The translations under genes and the position numbers were made by a program. This document shows positions 14,527 through 28,978 of a stretch of 64,000 nucleotides of DNA, in pieces. The DNA is from the human T2T-CHM13v2.0 reference genome, Homo sapiens, in the NCBI RefSeq assembly GCF_009914755.1, contig NC_060930.1. One strand, 5' to 3'. The notes under the pieces were generated by a model that made no database searches, was not told the DNA's origin, and saw nothing but the letters and a program-made list of their open reading frames with translations. Position 1 is the stretch's first letter, and every line of letters begins with the position of its first letter.

Positions 14527-17500
14527 GAAGCAGAAGAAAGCAATCACAATATCTGGAAATGAAGGACTCAGAGAAATGCAAAATACACTGGAAAATCTCA
14601 GTGATAGAATTGAATAAGTAGAAGAAAGAACTTCAGAGTTTGAAGACAAGGCTTTCAAATTAGCTCAATCTAACAAAGACAAATAAAAAAGGATTAAAAA
14701 AATGAACAAAGCCTCCAAGGAGTTTGGGATTATGTTAAATGACCAAACCTAAGAATAAGTGGTGTTTCTGAGGAAGAAGAGAAATATAAAAGTTTGGAAA
14801 CCATATTTGAGGAATAATTGAAGAAAAACTTCCCCAGCCTTGCTAGAGATCTTGTCATCCTGAAGAAAACTTCCCCAGCCTTGCTAGCAATCTAGTCATC
14901 CAAATACAAGAAGCTCAAAGAACACTGATAAATCTATTGCAAAAAGATCATTACCTAGGCACATACTCATCAGGTTATCTAAAGTCAAGATGAAGGAAAG
15001 AATCTTAGGAGCTGTGAGGGAAAAGCATCAGGTAACCTATAAAGGAAAATCTATCAGTTTAACAGCAGATTTCTCAGCAGAAACCCTACAAACTAGAAGG
15101 GATTGGGGCCACATCTTTAGCCTTCTTAAACAAAATAATGATCAGTCAAGAATTTTGTGTCTAGCAAAACTAAGCTTCATAAGTGAAGGAAAGATACCAT
15201 ATTTTTCAAACAAACAAATGCTGAGAGAGTTTGCCACTACCAAGCCAGCACTACAAGAACTGCTAAAAGGAGCTCTAAAACTTGAAACAAATCCTTGAAG
15301 TACACAAAAATAGAACCTCCTTAAAGCATGAATTTCACAGGACCTATAAAACAAAAACATAATGGGGGAAAAAAGATATCCAGGCAACAAATAGCATGAT
15401 GAATAGAATAGTACCACCCATCTCGATACTAACATTGAATACAAATGGCCTAAATGCTCCACTTAAAATAAACAGAATGGCAGAAGGAATAAGAGTTCAC
15501 CAACCAAGTATCTGCTGTCTTCAGGAGACTCACCTAACACATAAGGACTCACATAAACTTAAGCTAAAGGGGTGGAAAAAGATGCAGATGGACTCCAAAA
15601 GTGAGCAGAAGTAGCTACTCTTATATCAGACAAAACAAACTTTAAAGCAACAGTGGTTAAAAAAGATAAAGAGGGACATTATATAATGATAAAAGGACTA
15701 GTCCAATATGTGATATTTATCACATTCCTAAATATATATGCACCTAACATTGGAGCTCCCAAATTTATAAGACAATTACTAGTACACCTAAGAAATTAGA
15801 TAGACAGCAACACAATAATACTGGGGCACTTTAATACTCCACTAACAGCACTAGACAGGTCATCAAGATGGAAAATCAACAAACAATAGATTTAAACTAT
15901 ACCTTAGAACAAATGGACTTAACAGATATTTACAGAACATTCTACCCAACAATTGCAGAATATACATTCTATTCATCAGCATACTTAACATTCTCTGAGA
16001 TAGACCATATGATAGGCCACAAAATGTTCATTGGGTCACCCATGAAATCAAGATGGAAATTAAAAAATTCTTTGAACTGAACAATAATAGTGACACAACT
16101 TATCAAAACCTCTGGGTTAGAGCAAAGGTGGTGCTAAGAGGAAAGTTGATAGCCTTAATTGCCTATATGAAAAAATCTGAGAATACAAAGAGACAACCTA
16201 AGCTTATACCTCAAGGAACTGGAGAAACAAGAACAAATCAAGCCCCAACCCAGCAGATGAAAAGAAATAACCAAGATCAGAGCAGAACTAAATGAAATTG
16301 AAACAAAACAAAAACAAAGATAAATGAAACAAAAAGCTGGTTCTTTAAAAGGATCAACAAAATTGATAGACAGTTAGAGAGATTAACCAAGAAAAGAAGA
16401 GCGAAGATCCAAATAAGCTCAATTAGAAACAAAACAGGAGACATTACAATCAATACCACAGAAATGCAAAAGATCATTCAAGGCTGCTGTGAACACCTTT
16501 ATGCACATAAACTAGAAAACCTAGAGGAGATGGATAAATTCCTGGAAATATGCAACTATCTTAGATTCAACCAGGAAGAAATAGAAACTCTGAACAGAAA
16601 AATAAGCAGCGAGATTGAGATGGTATTAAAAAAACTGTCAACAAAGAAAAGTTCAGGACCAGATGGATTCACAGATGAATTCTACCAGACATTCTAAGAA
16701 GAATTGGTACCAATCCTATTGACACTATTCCACAAGACAGAGAAAGAGGGTATCCGCCCCCACCCAAATCATGCTATTAAGCCAGTATCATCCTAATATC
16801 AAAACTAGGAAAGGTCATTACAAAAAAGAAAACTACAGATCAGTATCCCTGATGAACATACATGCAAAAGCCCTTAACAAAATACTAGCTAACCGAATCC
16901 AACAACATATCAAAAAGATAATCAGATAATCCACCATGATCAAGAGGGTTTCATACCAGGGATTCAGGGATGGTTTAACATATGACATATGCAAGTCAAT
17001 AAATGTGATACACCACATAAACAGAATTAAAAACAAAAATCACATGATTGTCTCAATAGACTCAGAAAAAGCATTTGACAAAATCCGGCATCCAACTGTG
17101 ATTAAAACTTTCAGCAAAATTGGCATAGAAGGGACATACCTTAACCTAAGAAAAGCCATCTATGACAAACCCACAGCCAACATTATACTGAATGGGAAAA
17201 AGTTGAAAACATTCCCCCTGAGAACTGGAACAAGACAAGGATGCCCACTTTCACCACTTCTATTCAACATAGTACTACTGGAAGTTCTAGCCAGAGCAAT
17301 CAGACAAAAGAGAAAGAAATACATCCAAATCAGTAAAGAGGAAGTCAAACGGTTACTGTTTGCTGATGATACGATCATATAGCTAGAAAACCCTGAAGAC
17401 TCGTCCAAAAAGCTCCTAGAACTGATCAATGAATTCAGCAAAGTTTCAGGACACAAAATTAATATACATAAATCAGTAGCTCTGCTATACACCAACAGTG

Positions 17501-17546
17501 ACCAAGCTGAGAATAAAATCCAGATCTCAACTTTTTTACAATAGCT

Positions 17547-17590
17547 GCAAACAAAACAAAACAAAACAAAACAAAACAAAACAAAAAAAC
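17547..17590 (+). repeat. (CAAAA)n microsatellite within L1
   Basis: ~8 units visible. Confidence 0.9.
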
Positions 17591-18976
17591 TTAGGAATAT
17601 ACCCAACCAAGGAGTGAAAGACTGCTACAAGTAAAACTAAAAAACACCGCTGAAAGAAATCATAGATGACACAAACGAATGGAAACACATCCCATGCTAA
17701 TGGAAGGGTAGAATCAATATTGTGAAAATGATCATACTGCCAAAAGCAATCTACAAATTCAATGCAATTTCCATCCAAATATCACCATCATTCTTCACAG
17801 AACTAGAAAAAAAAGACAATCCTAAAATTCATATGGAACCAAAAAAGAGCCTGCATAGCAAAAGCAAGACTAAGCAAAAAGAACAAATCTGGAGGCATTA
17901 CATTATCCAACTTCAAACTATACTATAAGGCCACAGTCACCAAAACAGCATGGTACCGGCATAAAAATAGGCACATAGAACAATGGAACAGAATAGAGAA
18001 CCCAGAAATAAAGCCATATACTTACAGTCAACTGATCTTGATAAAGCAAACAAAAACATAAAGTGGGGAAAAAAACACCCTGTTCAACAAATGGTGCTGG
18101 GATAATTGGCTAGCCACATGTGGGAGAATGAAACCAGATTTTTATCTAGTTTATCTAGTTGTATAACTGTATACAAAAATCAACTCAAGATGGATCAAAG
18201 TCTTAAATCTAAGATCTGAAACCACAAAAATTCTAGAAGATAAAATCAGAAAAGCCCTTCTAGACGTTGGCTTAGGCAAAGACTTCATGACCAAGAAACC
18301 AAAAGCAAATGTAACATAAACAAAGATAAATAGATGGGACTTAATTAAACTAAAAAGCTTCTGCACAGCAATGGAAAAAATCAGTAGAGTAAACAGACAA
18401 CCTGCAGAATGGGAGAAAATCTTCACAATCTATACACCTGACAAAGGATTAATACCCAGAACCTACAAGGAACTCAAACAAATCAGCAAGAAGAAAACAA
18501 ACAATCCCATCAAAAAGTGGGCTAAGGACATGAAGGAGATAATTCTCAAAAGAAGATATACAAGTGGCAAAAAAAAGTATGAAAAAATCATCAACATCCC
18601 TAATGATCATGGAAATGCAAATCAAATCCACAATGCAATACCACCTTACTCCTGCAAGACTGGCCATAATAAAAAAAATTATAAAATAATAGATGTTGCC
18701 ATGGATGTGGTGAAAAGGGAGCATTTTTACACTGCTGGTAGAAATGTAAACTAGTACAACTACTATGAAAAACAGTGTGGAGGTTCTTTAAAGAACTAAA
18801 AGTAGAACTCATTTGATCCAGCAATGCCATGACTGGATATTTACCTAGAGGAAAAGAAGTCATTATACCGAAAAGATACTTGCACACGCATGTTTACAGC
18901 AGCACAATTTGCAATTGCAAAAATATGAAACCAGCCCAAATGCCCCATCAATCAATGAGCAGATAAACAAATTGTG

Positions 18977-19019
18977 ATATATATGTATACACACACATGT
19001 ATATATGTATATAGATGTA

Positions 19020-19050
<31 letters not shown>
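18977..19050. repeat. (TA)n/(CA)n compound microsatellite in L1 3'UTR
   Basis: directly visible. Confidence 0.9.
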
Positions 19051-20747
19051 TCAGGGAGTGGGTGGGAGTGAGTGAGGGATAAATACACATTGGATACAGT
19101 GTACACTGCCTCAGTGATGGGTGCACCAAAATCTCAGTAATCACCACTAAAGAACTTATTCATGTAACCAAACACCACCTATTCCCCAAAAACCTATTGA
19201 AATACACAAAAAATAGAACTGGGAAAAAAATCAGAAACAAGAACAGCACTCCCATTCAGCATGGAATTCTAAGACAGTCAAATAAGACAAAAAGAAATAA
19301 AAATTCTGAGGTTTGGGAAAACAACTAAAATCTTTTTAATTGACAGATAGAAAAACTCAAAGGAATCCATAGAATTAGTAAGACAATATAGCCAAGTGCT
19401 GAAAAAAATTAATATACAGAAACTGTATACTTGGAATAAAGAGTTGGAAATAGCATTTTAAAATAAACACCATTTATTATATTAACACAAAATATAAGAT
19501 GTGTAAAAACATATGTACCAAAAATATAAAGAGTTCATGGAGGAAACTTTTCAATATTATTGAGACATTAAAAGAGACATAAATAAGTTTAAATTTTGCC
19601 ACTTTCAAGGAAGACTTGCTATTACAAGGAAGTCAATATCACCAAATAGCATACATGCAATTTTAATTTGAATTTCATAGAATTTTTTAAAGAAACTTGA
19701 GAATCCGATTCTGATATTGATGAAAGAAAAGAAAAGCCCAAGATTAGTTAAGAGATCCCTGAGATAAAAATAGTGTGCGATTTCCCCAGGAGACAGCAAG
19801 ACTTTTTAAAAAGCCATGGCAATGCCAGTGTGGTATTGGTTTGCAAACAAAAAGGATACTGATAATAGAAATGAGAAAATACAAATAGACCCATACACAT
19901 ATGGAAATGCTGTGATTGAGAAGGCAGATCAATGGGAAAGTTGGGACCACTCAATATATGATGCTGGTTGAGTGGATTATTCATTTCAAAGAATATGAAA
20001 CTAGAACCTTATCATACACAATTTCCACAAATCAATTTCAGATTGATTAAATTCTTAAATTTGAAAAGGTAGATTACCCAATTTTAGAAGAAAACAAGGA
20101 GAGTTTCTTTATAGTCATGGGGCTAGGAAAAGATTTCTTCAACAAGACACAAAAAGTACCCACTAAAAAATACAAATTTAATAACTTTGACTCATTAAAA
20201 TGAAGAATTACCATTAATTATAAGAAATCACAACAAGTAAAATACAAGCCACAAATTAGAAAAATATATCAGCCATATATTAACAAAAGATAAAAAAACC
20301 AAATATCTCCTAATATCTTCTAATAAAACTCTTAGTGGCTATAAGAATAGACCAACGACCTAACAGAAAAGCATCAAAAGGCATTTTTTTTTCCAGAGGA
20401 GAAAGACTAGATGACCAAAAGTATATGGAAGATGTTTTAATCATTAACAATGCGGTAATGCAATTTAACAGTATAATGGGACAGTTTTATATCCACTAGA
20501 TGGGCAAAACTTAAGTATGACAATGACTGCCATTAACAAGGGTGTGAGCTATAGAAATTCTTGTCCACTGGTGTTAGGAGAGTAATTGGAAAACACTTTA
20601 ACCTTGAAATATAAAAGTAATAAGCACACAATACGTGCCCCAGCTGTTCCATTGCAGGTTATCAGCTAGAGAAATCTTTTCACATGTGTCCTGTGTCTTG
20701 ACACAGGCACAGTGATTTAGGTAATGGTATTCATATAATAAAAAATA

Positions 20748-20851
20748 CTTGAACGCAAATGACCATGAACAGAAAATATAACTAATTATTAGTTAATATT
20801 AATTGTATATTTCATAGTTATATTTTCTGTTCATGGTCATTTGCGTTCAAG
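20748..20851. repeat. Perfect inverted repeat, 37-bp arms, 30-nt spacer
   Basis: CTTGAACGCAAATGACCATGAACAGAAAATATAACTA (20748-20784) is the exact reverse complement of 20815-20851. Confidence 0.95.
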
Positions 20852-21253
20852 CATAGTCACATAATGTAATATTATACAGGAGTGAAAGTGATGAAATTTT
20901 GAAAAACATGTGGGGAAAAAAGTGGCAAAAGGTTACACATGATATCATTCAATGTTATGAGGTTCCAAAACAAAAACAATTAAACTATACTGTTAAGGAA
21001 TATATTTTGGAAGACAAACAAAACAAAGGAAGCATAAACTCAGTATTCTGGAGAGTGCTTACCTCTTGGGACAGGAAAATGAAATACAAAGAACTAAAGA
21101 AGTATGTATAAGTAGTTTCAAAATGGTTGGCAGTATTCCAGTTCATGAATCTGGAAATGTTTTGTTTCTATTTATTTCACTATTATCCTTCATAATTTAT
21201 ATATATGTTACATATAGTTTATATGCGTTAACTATATACAAAGAAAACTTTAG

Positions 21254-21570
21254 GGCCAGGCACAGTGGCTCATGCCTGTAATCCCAGCACTTTGGGAGGC
21301 CGAGGCGGTTGGATCACCTGAGGTCAGGAGTTTGAAATCAGCCTGGCAAACATGGTGAAACCCCATCTCTACTAAAAATACAAAAAAAAAAAAAAATTAG
21401 CTGGGTGGGGTGGCGGGCACCTGTAATCCCAGCTACTCAGGAGGCTGAGGCAGGAGAATCATTTCAACCCAGGAGGTGGAGGTTGCAGTGAGCAGAGATC
21501 ACGCCACTGCACTCCAGCCTGGGAGACAGGGCAAGACTCCGTTTCAAAAAAAAAAAAAAAAAAAAAAAAA
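21254..21570 (+). mobile_element. AluS (Sx-like)
   Basis: Full dimer + poly(A); TSD aagaaaactttag/aaggaaactttag. Confidence 0.92.
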
Positions 21571-22299
21571 GGAAACTTTAGAAGTTATGTATTACAAATA
21601 AGAGGAATTATATTACACTAAGACAAAACACAGAAATTATAATGTTCTCACTATCAGTGATAATCATGGTTAATACTTTGGCATATTTCATTTTAGGACA
21701 CACACACACATTTCCCTTGTCTTATTTTTCTAAATAGAATCACATTGTTTAGACTATTAGGCATTTTCTCTTTCTGCCAATACTATCATGTGAGCCTTTC
21801 TTTCCTTTTTAAAATAGTACCTTAAGACATAATGTCTAAGGGCTACATTATTTTCTATTATCTGAATCACCATAACTTAAATTTATCCAGCATATCAGTT
21901 TTGATGTTGCATTCTATTATTCTTGCATTGTTGTGACTGTGATGAACATTCTCAAACCTAATCCTTGGTACATATAACCTTGACTAGTCCCTTAATATAG
22001 ACTTCTAGAAATGGAATTGCTGAATCAAAGTACACAGATTTAGGAGGTCAAATTGAGCCTCACTTTAGACTGCATCCATAAGTATGAGTCACAACTTCCT
22101 CTCTCCCACATACTGTGGTTTTCAATACCACAATGCAGATTTTGGGAGGATTAATGAACCTATTCAATGGAGAAATCAACATTCTGTTCCCTCGTGTTTT
22201 TTCCTCCTTCTCTTATGTTCCTCTTTCACATACACAAACTTATGTATACATCTATCATCAAGTATTGGGAGAAAATGTACAAAAATAAAGAAGGAAACT

Positions 22300-22612
<313 letters not shown>

Positions 22613-25514
22613 AGGGAAACTAATACCATAGGGGAGAAAAGGATTATTTTTATGAAAGGAGAATTTAAAACAATCATTATCCTCAACATGATCCAGAGAA
22701 TATTTTATCAATAAAACAAAAACATGCTACTATGAAAAAAGAACAATCAGAAAACCAGAAGATTTCTTAGAATTTAAAACTATGCTTCTACAAATAAAAT
22801 ATTTTAAAACCATGATTATGAAAATAAAATTATTCATAAAGGGGCTGAGAATAAAATAATCCTGGTATTATACCTGGTTAGTGATCTGGAAAATAAAGAC
22901 ACATCAAGGAAAATCTCCCAGAATGAGGAGCAAAACCACAAAGGAATGAAAACAAATGAAGTATTGAAAGTGTTTTGGATGTTAAACTACTAAGGTAGCA
23001 TTAATAATAAATAAGCTGTAAGGTGGCATCAGTAATACTTGAATAAAAAATACAGCAAATATATTCATCTTACACATAATAAATATGTTAGTATATCCAT
23101 GTGTACGTGTCCAGTGGAAGGGTTAAATTGAGCAATATCACTAAATCTCTATCAAAAGACAAACTTCATTATAGAATTATTTCTCAGCATTGTAGAAATC
23201 ATATTCGTTCCTAGAAGTCACCAGTTGGAATTTTATGTGGGCTGGAAGTGTGGTGAACATGGAGTTCATGCATGCTCTAACACTTCTGTGATTATAGAAC
23301 AGCAAGGCTTTTTTGGGTAGGTATACACGAGAGATAGAAAGGTCATTTGGGGTGATGAGTCAGTTTTTCCAACTTCCTGCAGGGTTGACTTTAGATTTAC
23401 AAGGATTCCACATAGTTTTCATCTCAAAACAGTATTCCTTTTTAATGGCTTTAAAATCAAATAGCACAGAGAATTTCATTTGCATGTCAAAATCCTTGTA
23501 ATGCATTTTTTGTTAATATGCAATTTCAGTGTCTGCACATGGATTTTTCTTAAGGACAAGTGCTCCATAAAAGATTTAAATGTTCACTTTTCGGTCCCAA
23601 ACTCCTAAAATAGAATCCCAAACACCACTGAAACCTGACAGCAATGGCAAGAGGTCAACTAATATCTGTGCTTTTAAACCACAGAGACATGTGATTCAGT
23701 GGAAAATGCACCTCGGCCTACTCTCATTCTTAGCAACAAGAAGTTAGGTTGGTAGCACACACCATTTCTGACAAAAAGAGGATAACTAAACCACTGACTA
23801 AAGTTGTCAACTCCTGAAATGGGGATTAGGTTATGGAGAAAATAAAAATATTAGATGAAGTGACCCTGATAAATATTGACTTTCTGGCAACTTTGGATCT
23901 CTTCATGCTAAATAAAAATACGAGGTTTCCTAAGTGACACTTGACCTATGAAGTCATCTTCAATAACGTTATAATACATTGGACAAGAAATGCAAAACAA
24001 ATGAACCCTCTAACAGAGCCAAATTATTACAACAGCCTTTGACTAACTCTCTCCGTATTATGCTTTCCTTTTGCCAATTACCACCCACTTCCTCAGTATG
24101 GTTTTCATGGTTTGTAGGAATTTCAAGCTGTCAATGTCATAAAGCTACAGAATAATAATGACCACAAACAAAGTATAAACAAAATACAAACATAATGCAA
24201 CATCTTAATTTGGGAAATAGAGGTTACAAATAGCATAAAATACAAACAATAGACAAATTTTCTTGATTGGGTTAGGTGTATCGAATTATACACTGGGAAT
24301 TCTAATTAGTATATTCCGACTCATTTCTGACTTATTGTAAGCAAAAGTCAAAGTCTAAGGCTCCTCTGCATGTTTATTTCTCCTGTTTTAAACTGGGCTT
24401 AGTACACTTTATCATCACATTCTTCCATAGGAGATGTGAATATAATCCTAGGCTCTGCAGAAGTATATCTCTGAGAAAATAATATAACAAACAACATAAA
24501 TTTTGATTGTGTATATAGAGCACTATGGCTCAGTACAACTGTGGTAGATGGAAGAGAGAATGTGAATCAGAAAAACAATGCATAGTCCCTATACTCAAAG
24601 GAACTTACCACCCGGTAAAGGAAAAAGACATGTTCAAAAAAAGTTCCATGATCTTGGGTGTCAACACAGGTGAAAATAGAGAGAGGAGGGGGAATACTAG
24701 CTGTATACTGGTCACAGCATAGGTTTTAAAATTCAAATGTGATTTTGGTATGAACTTTCTACCGTCATGATAGAATATTCTTTCAGGTCTGGAAGAGCAG
24801 GTCTCTTTTAAATACTGAGCTATGGTACAGTTGACAGAGGATGTTCTTCTGGGTTAGATTTCAGGAAAGCCAACTATGCAGGATGTCATGATGTATTGAT
24901 AATTTATACTTCCAACCAACTGATGTAATACATAGCTCAAGAAAATGTCATCACTTCATTTACATCAAAAGTTCTGACTTTATCTAATATTCACAAACTA
25001 ATTGTTAGAATTTATCAAAGAAAATTAATCCAGTACACTTTTGATATCATGGAGACTGCGTGGTTAACTGATTGAACTCACCTTTCAACGAATTGCGGTT
25101 TTACAGAAACATGATGCTGGCTTCATAGCCCTTCTTTCTTTTCCAGCTCAATTTATGATTCATTTTTTGGTTATGAGAAGCAGTAAACTAGCCCCATGTA
25201 TCAATGGCTTAACCATCATTTCTTTTCTGATAATCAATGAATAAACTGAATAGACAGCTGACAGGACTGCAGGAAAGGATATAAAAATGCCAAATGGCGA
25301 CAGAAGACGGCCTGTGTTCTTTTCTGTTGTATTTCCCTGTTCCACATGTTGTATTTCCCTGGGCAAGTCACTTCATACTTTAAGAGGGACACCTCTTGAC
25401 TGTAAGATAGTCAACATTCCTCTGGCACCTCCATATATTAAAAATAAATTAAATTAGCACAGGATGGGAGAAAGAGCCTTTTTGTTTTTGTGTTTGTTTT
25501 TTAATCTGGAGGGC

Positions 25515-25670
25515 AGAAAAGCCTGTGTCCTAGGTTTGGTTCTGCCTCTAGGTAACTGCATGCTACTAAATATGTCTCTCTTTCTATTTTAAATATGTAC
25601 CTCTATCTTATTTGTAAAATAGTTGTTGGACTAGATGTTCTCTCTAGTACCTCCTAGCTCAAAATTTTCT
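25515..25670 (+). mobile_element. MIR fragment
   Basis: cctaggtttggttctgcctc...tttgtaaaatagttgttggactagatg. Confidence 0.5.
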
Positions 25671-25868
25671 TACTGAAAAAAAAAAATAGTGCCTCTAGGC
25701 TTCTAATTTAAATGCCAGGTTTCCACCTGATGTAAATTCAACTGTCTGGGTTATAAGCCAACTACAAAATAAAGTTTATAATGGAAACAGTTAGTGACCC
25801 TTGGCAGCATCAATGCTAACAGTTCCCGCTATAATATTCAGTTACCGCTCATATCCCTGGGCAGCGAC

Positions 25869-25884
25869 TGACGCGTTATGTAAC
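25869..25884. promoter_or_regulatory. PAR-bZIP/NFIL3 D-box consensus GTTATGTAAC with abutting CRE-like TGACGC
   Basis: Exact RTTAYGTAAY match at 25875-25884 in unique sequence with a local CpG cluster; motif evidence only. Confidence 0.35.
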
Positions 25885-26635
25885 AGTAACTATTGCAGGA
25901 TTACCCAATCCTTTCACATAACCCTAATTGCACAGTCTGCTTGTGGCTCCTGTAATACCTAGTTCTCTTCAATGACACCCTCCAGGGTAGATGTGGCTGC
26001 CACCACCAAACCCAGTTCTTGATGGTTTAAAATAACAGTTATGTGTAACTTGCAAATACCACCCTTTTTAGAGTACATTATTTTTGCTTTTCCTTCTGCT
26101 TCTTTCTAACTGGCAATGACTTCCTGCCCAAAATGACCTAGCACTAGGAAAAATTCTAACAAATAATAAAATGCTCCAGTACAGGTACAGTACATACCGT
26201 GCTCTGACTTACAGCACAGACTGAGTGAGAAGCTTCAGCTGGAAAGATCCAGAGGAAAGGAAGAGGGAGATGATCCATGTTAAATACAACAAATTCTAAA
26301 TTAAATAGTATTGGCCCTTTTTTTTTGGCCTTTGCATTTAACCCGTACTTTCTTTATTAAATATAAATGTTTTAACTCTCAGCAAAAAAGGGCAAATTTA
26401 GAAAATGAAGCATTTTTATAACAGAATTAATATGGAAAGTAGGTAAATATCAGATCTGATACATAAAAGAATAGACATTTCAAGATGTGCATATCATCTG
26501 AAAGTTTAGTAATTAGAAATAATTTAACCACATGTTCCTCAAAATATAACAATCCAAGAATATATTTCTCATAATATAATTTAATTTTTACTGCTTCTAA
26601 TATGTTTATATTTCCATTTTAGAAAGCACAGATAA

Positions 26636-27025
<390 letters not shown>

Positions 27026-27700
27026 TCAATGCATGTTTACATTAACATAACAAAAGTCATATTGTATTTATTAATGTTACACTGTTTTTATCAATGATTG
27101 TCATAAATATTTGTTAAGTCCTTTGTGAATAATATTTTAAATTGTAGGTATTTTATTAATCATAATACATTCATGCATTTTCTCCTTGTTTGAATTTTAC
27201 TTTGTATCCAAATTTTGTCAGTATGAAAAATGATGCAAACAAACATATTCTTTTGCAAACATTTTGCCTGTATGTCTGGTTATCTTATTTCTTAAACTAC
27301 TAATACAGCTTAAGCTGCATTCCTGAAGCTATTTATATAGATTGCCAACTACGTCTGAAAAATAGAGCTAATATTTAAAATTTAGAATGATTTTCTATAC
27401 ATTTGATATTAGCCAAAAGACCTATACGTAAATGGAAATTCTGGTGCCCAGTTAATGGTTCACTGTGAAGCCAGAAACTATGCAAGTTAGAAATAAAAAT
27501 GAAACTGTTGATGTGGTGCAAAATATCTGTATACCTGGGTACTTTATATTTCAAAGCAATGTTTTAAATATGCTAAATTCTAAAAAAAAACTATGTAGAA
27601 AGAGAAAAATCATTTAGTTATATGAATTGTGTTGAATAAAAACAATAGCATATAGTAAGATCTATAAGTGACAATCATGATATAAAACAAAAACTGTTAC

Positions 27701-28410
27701 TGAAACAAGAGAGTTCCCTGACCCCCCCCTTGCAGGGTGTGAGATGGAGGTGTGGCTTGTCTGTTTGGTGGCTGCCGTTGCTCAAACCTCTTACAGGAGG
27801 GGGAGCATGCAACTGGACAGGTGCAGGAGCCCACGTGGACATGTGTTATAGTGTGCCCATTTAGCCTTGGCATCCGTGGATGGCTTAAGTATTAGCCAGC
27901 TCAGTGGACCCTCTGCCTTTCAGCAAGGACAGACGGCCAGTGTGGCAGCTTTCTGTATCCTGAGCTCTTGTCCAGCATCCTGGAAGAATCAGGTGTCACA
28001 CAGACTTGGAGGATGAATGCAGGGCTTTTAGTGAGTAGTTGAAGAGGCTCTCAATGGGATGGATGGGGAGCTGGACGGGGGATGGAGTGGGAAGATGATC
28101 TTCCCCTGGAGTTTGGCCAGTGGTCAGACTCCTCTCAGTGCTCAGTCGCTCCTTCTCTTCTCTCTTTCTCTGCCATGCTGTGCTGCCATTTGTCTGCTTG
28201 TCTCCTCATCTTCTGATTCTGGAGCCTGGGGTTCAGGGTTTATATGGTTACAGGATAGGGGGTGTGGTGGGCCAAAAGGCAACGCTTTGGGCATGAAAAC
28301 AGGAATGCCTGTTCTCAGTTAGGGCTATGGGAATCCAGGCTTGAGGGTGGGGCCTTTGCCAGGGAACCACCCTCTTCTACCCAGTATTTCCCTGTCTCCT
28401 GTCCATATCA
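27701..28410 (-). mobile_element. ERV1 solo LTR, LTR1/LTR27/LTR28 family
   Basis: Minus strand starts TGATATGGACAGGAGACAGGGAAATACTGGGTAGAAGAGGG and ends GTTTCA; 4-bp TSD TTAC/TTAG. Confidence 0.8.
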
Positions 28411-28978
28411 TTAGAAAAATAGGAACTTCCCGCTACCAAAATCACATATGCAGCTATTCACAAACCAGTCTATTGTCTTTTTAAACATTCTTTCTGCTTT
28501 ACAATGAAAGAGATGCTTCTCGTCCATCTGAAGCTAATTTCTCCATTTATTATCTGAATTCCAGCTCCTCCCTGCCTTCAGGAATTTTGCTGTATTGATT
28601 GTTTGCCTGTGTGCTGTATCTAAAGTTCCTCACTCTATACGGGAGTTTTTTCCATTAACATTTTAATTGTGTACAAGCTTCTTCCACTTTTAAGATTCTT
28701 CTCAATCTCTAGTTACTACCTTATCTCTTTCCTCCCTTTTGACAGACAAATAGTTTTTTAAAAATTAAGTTCATACATTCTGACACTTGCTTATTGTCTA
28801 ATAAAATCTCAATTCACTGTCATATGCCTTCTACTTCCATTGTTCAACTTCCCTTGTTATCTCCTTGGTTTTCCCATCCTTTCTTATCTCTGGCCAATCT
28901 TTTTCTGTCTCTTTGTGTTTCCCTTCCTCCATTTACCTGCACATAATGATGTTTCTCTGTTTCTCAGGGTTTTGCCTT

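Larger units (their letters stand above)
12567..19226 (+). mobile_element. Full-length inactivated LINE-1, L1PB1-like (ORF1 remnant ~13990-15298, ORF2 remnant from 15396)
   Basis: 5'UTR start atggcagacaggaggcaggactaacttgcagctcc; EN motif ILTLNTNGLNAPLK; RT motif [16 protein letters not shown]...FADD; L1PB 3' end; 15-bp TSD aaaattagaaacaag (12552-12566)/aaaatcagaaacaag (19227-19241); many stops and frameshifts. Confidence 0.92.

Noticed and set aside
13990-18900. L1 ORF1/ORF2 as an active retrotransposon
   Set aside because: Early stop in ORF1 (ATG ACA AAA TAA), Alu insertion, apparent deletion near 16026, and many frameshifts.
28056-28091. G-rich tract as a G-quadruplex
   Set aside because: It is an intrinsic part of the ERV1 LTR, with long loops and no locus-specific evidence.
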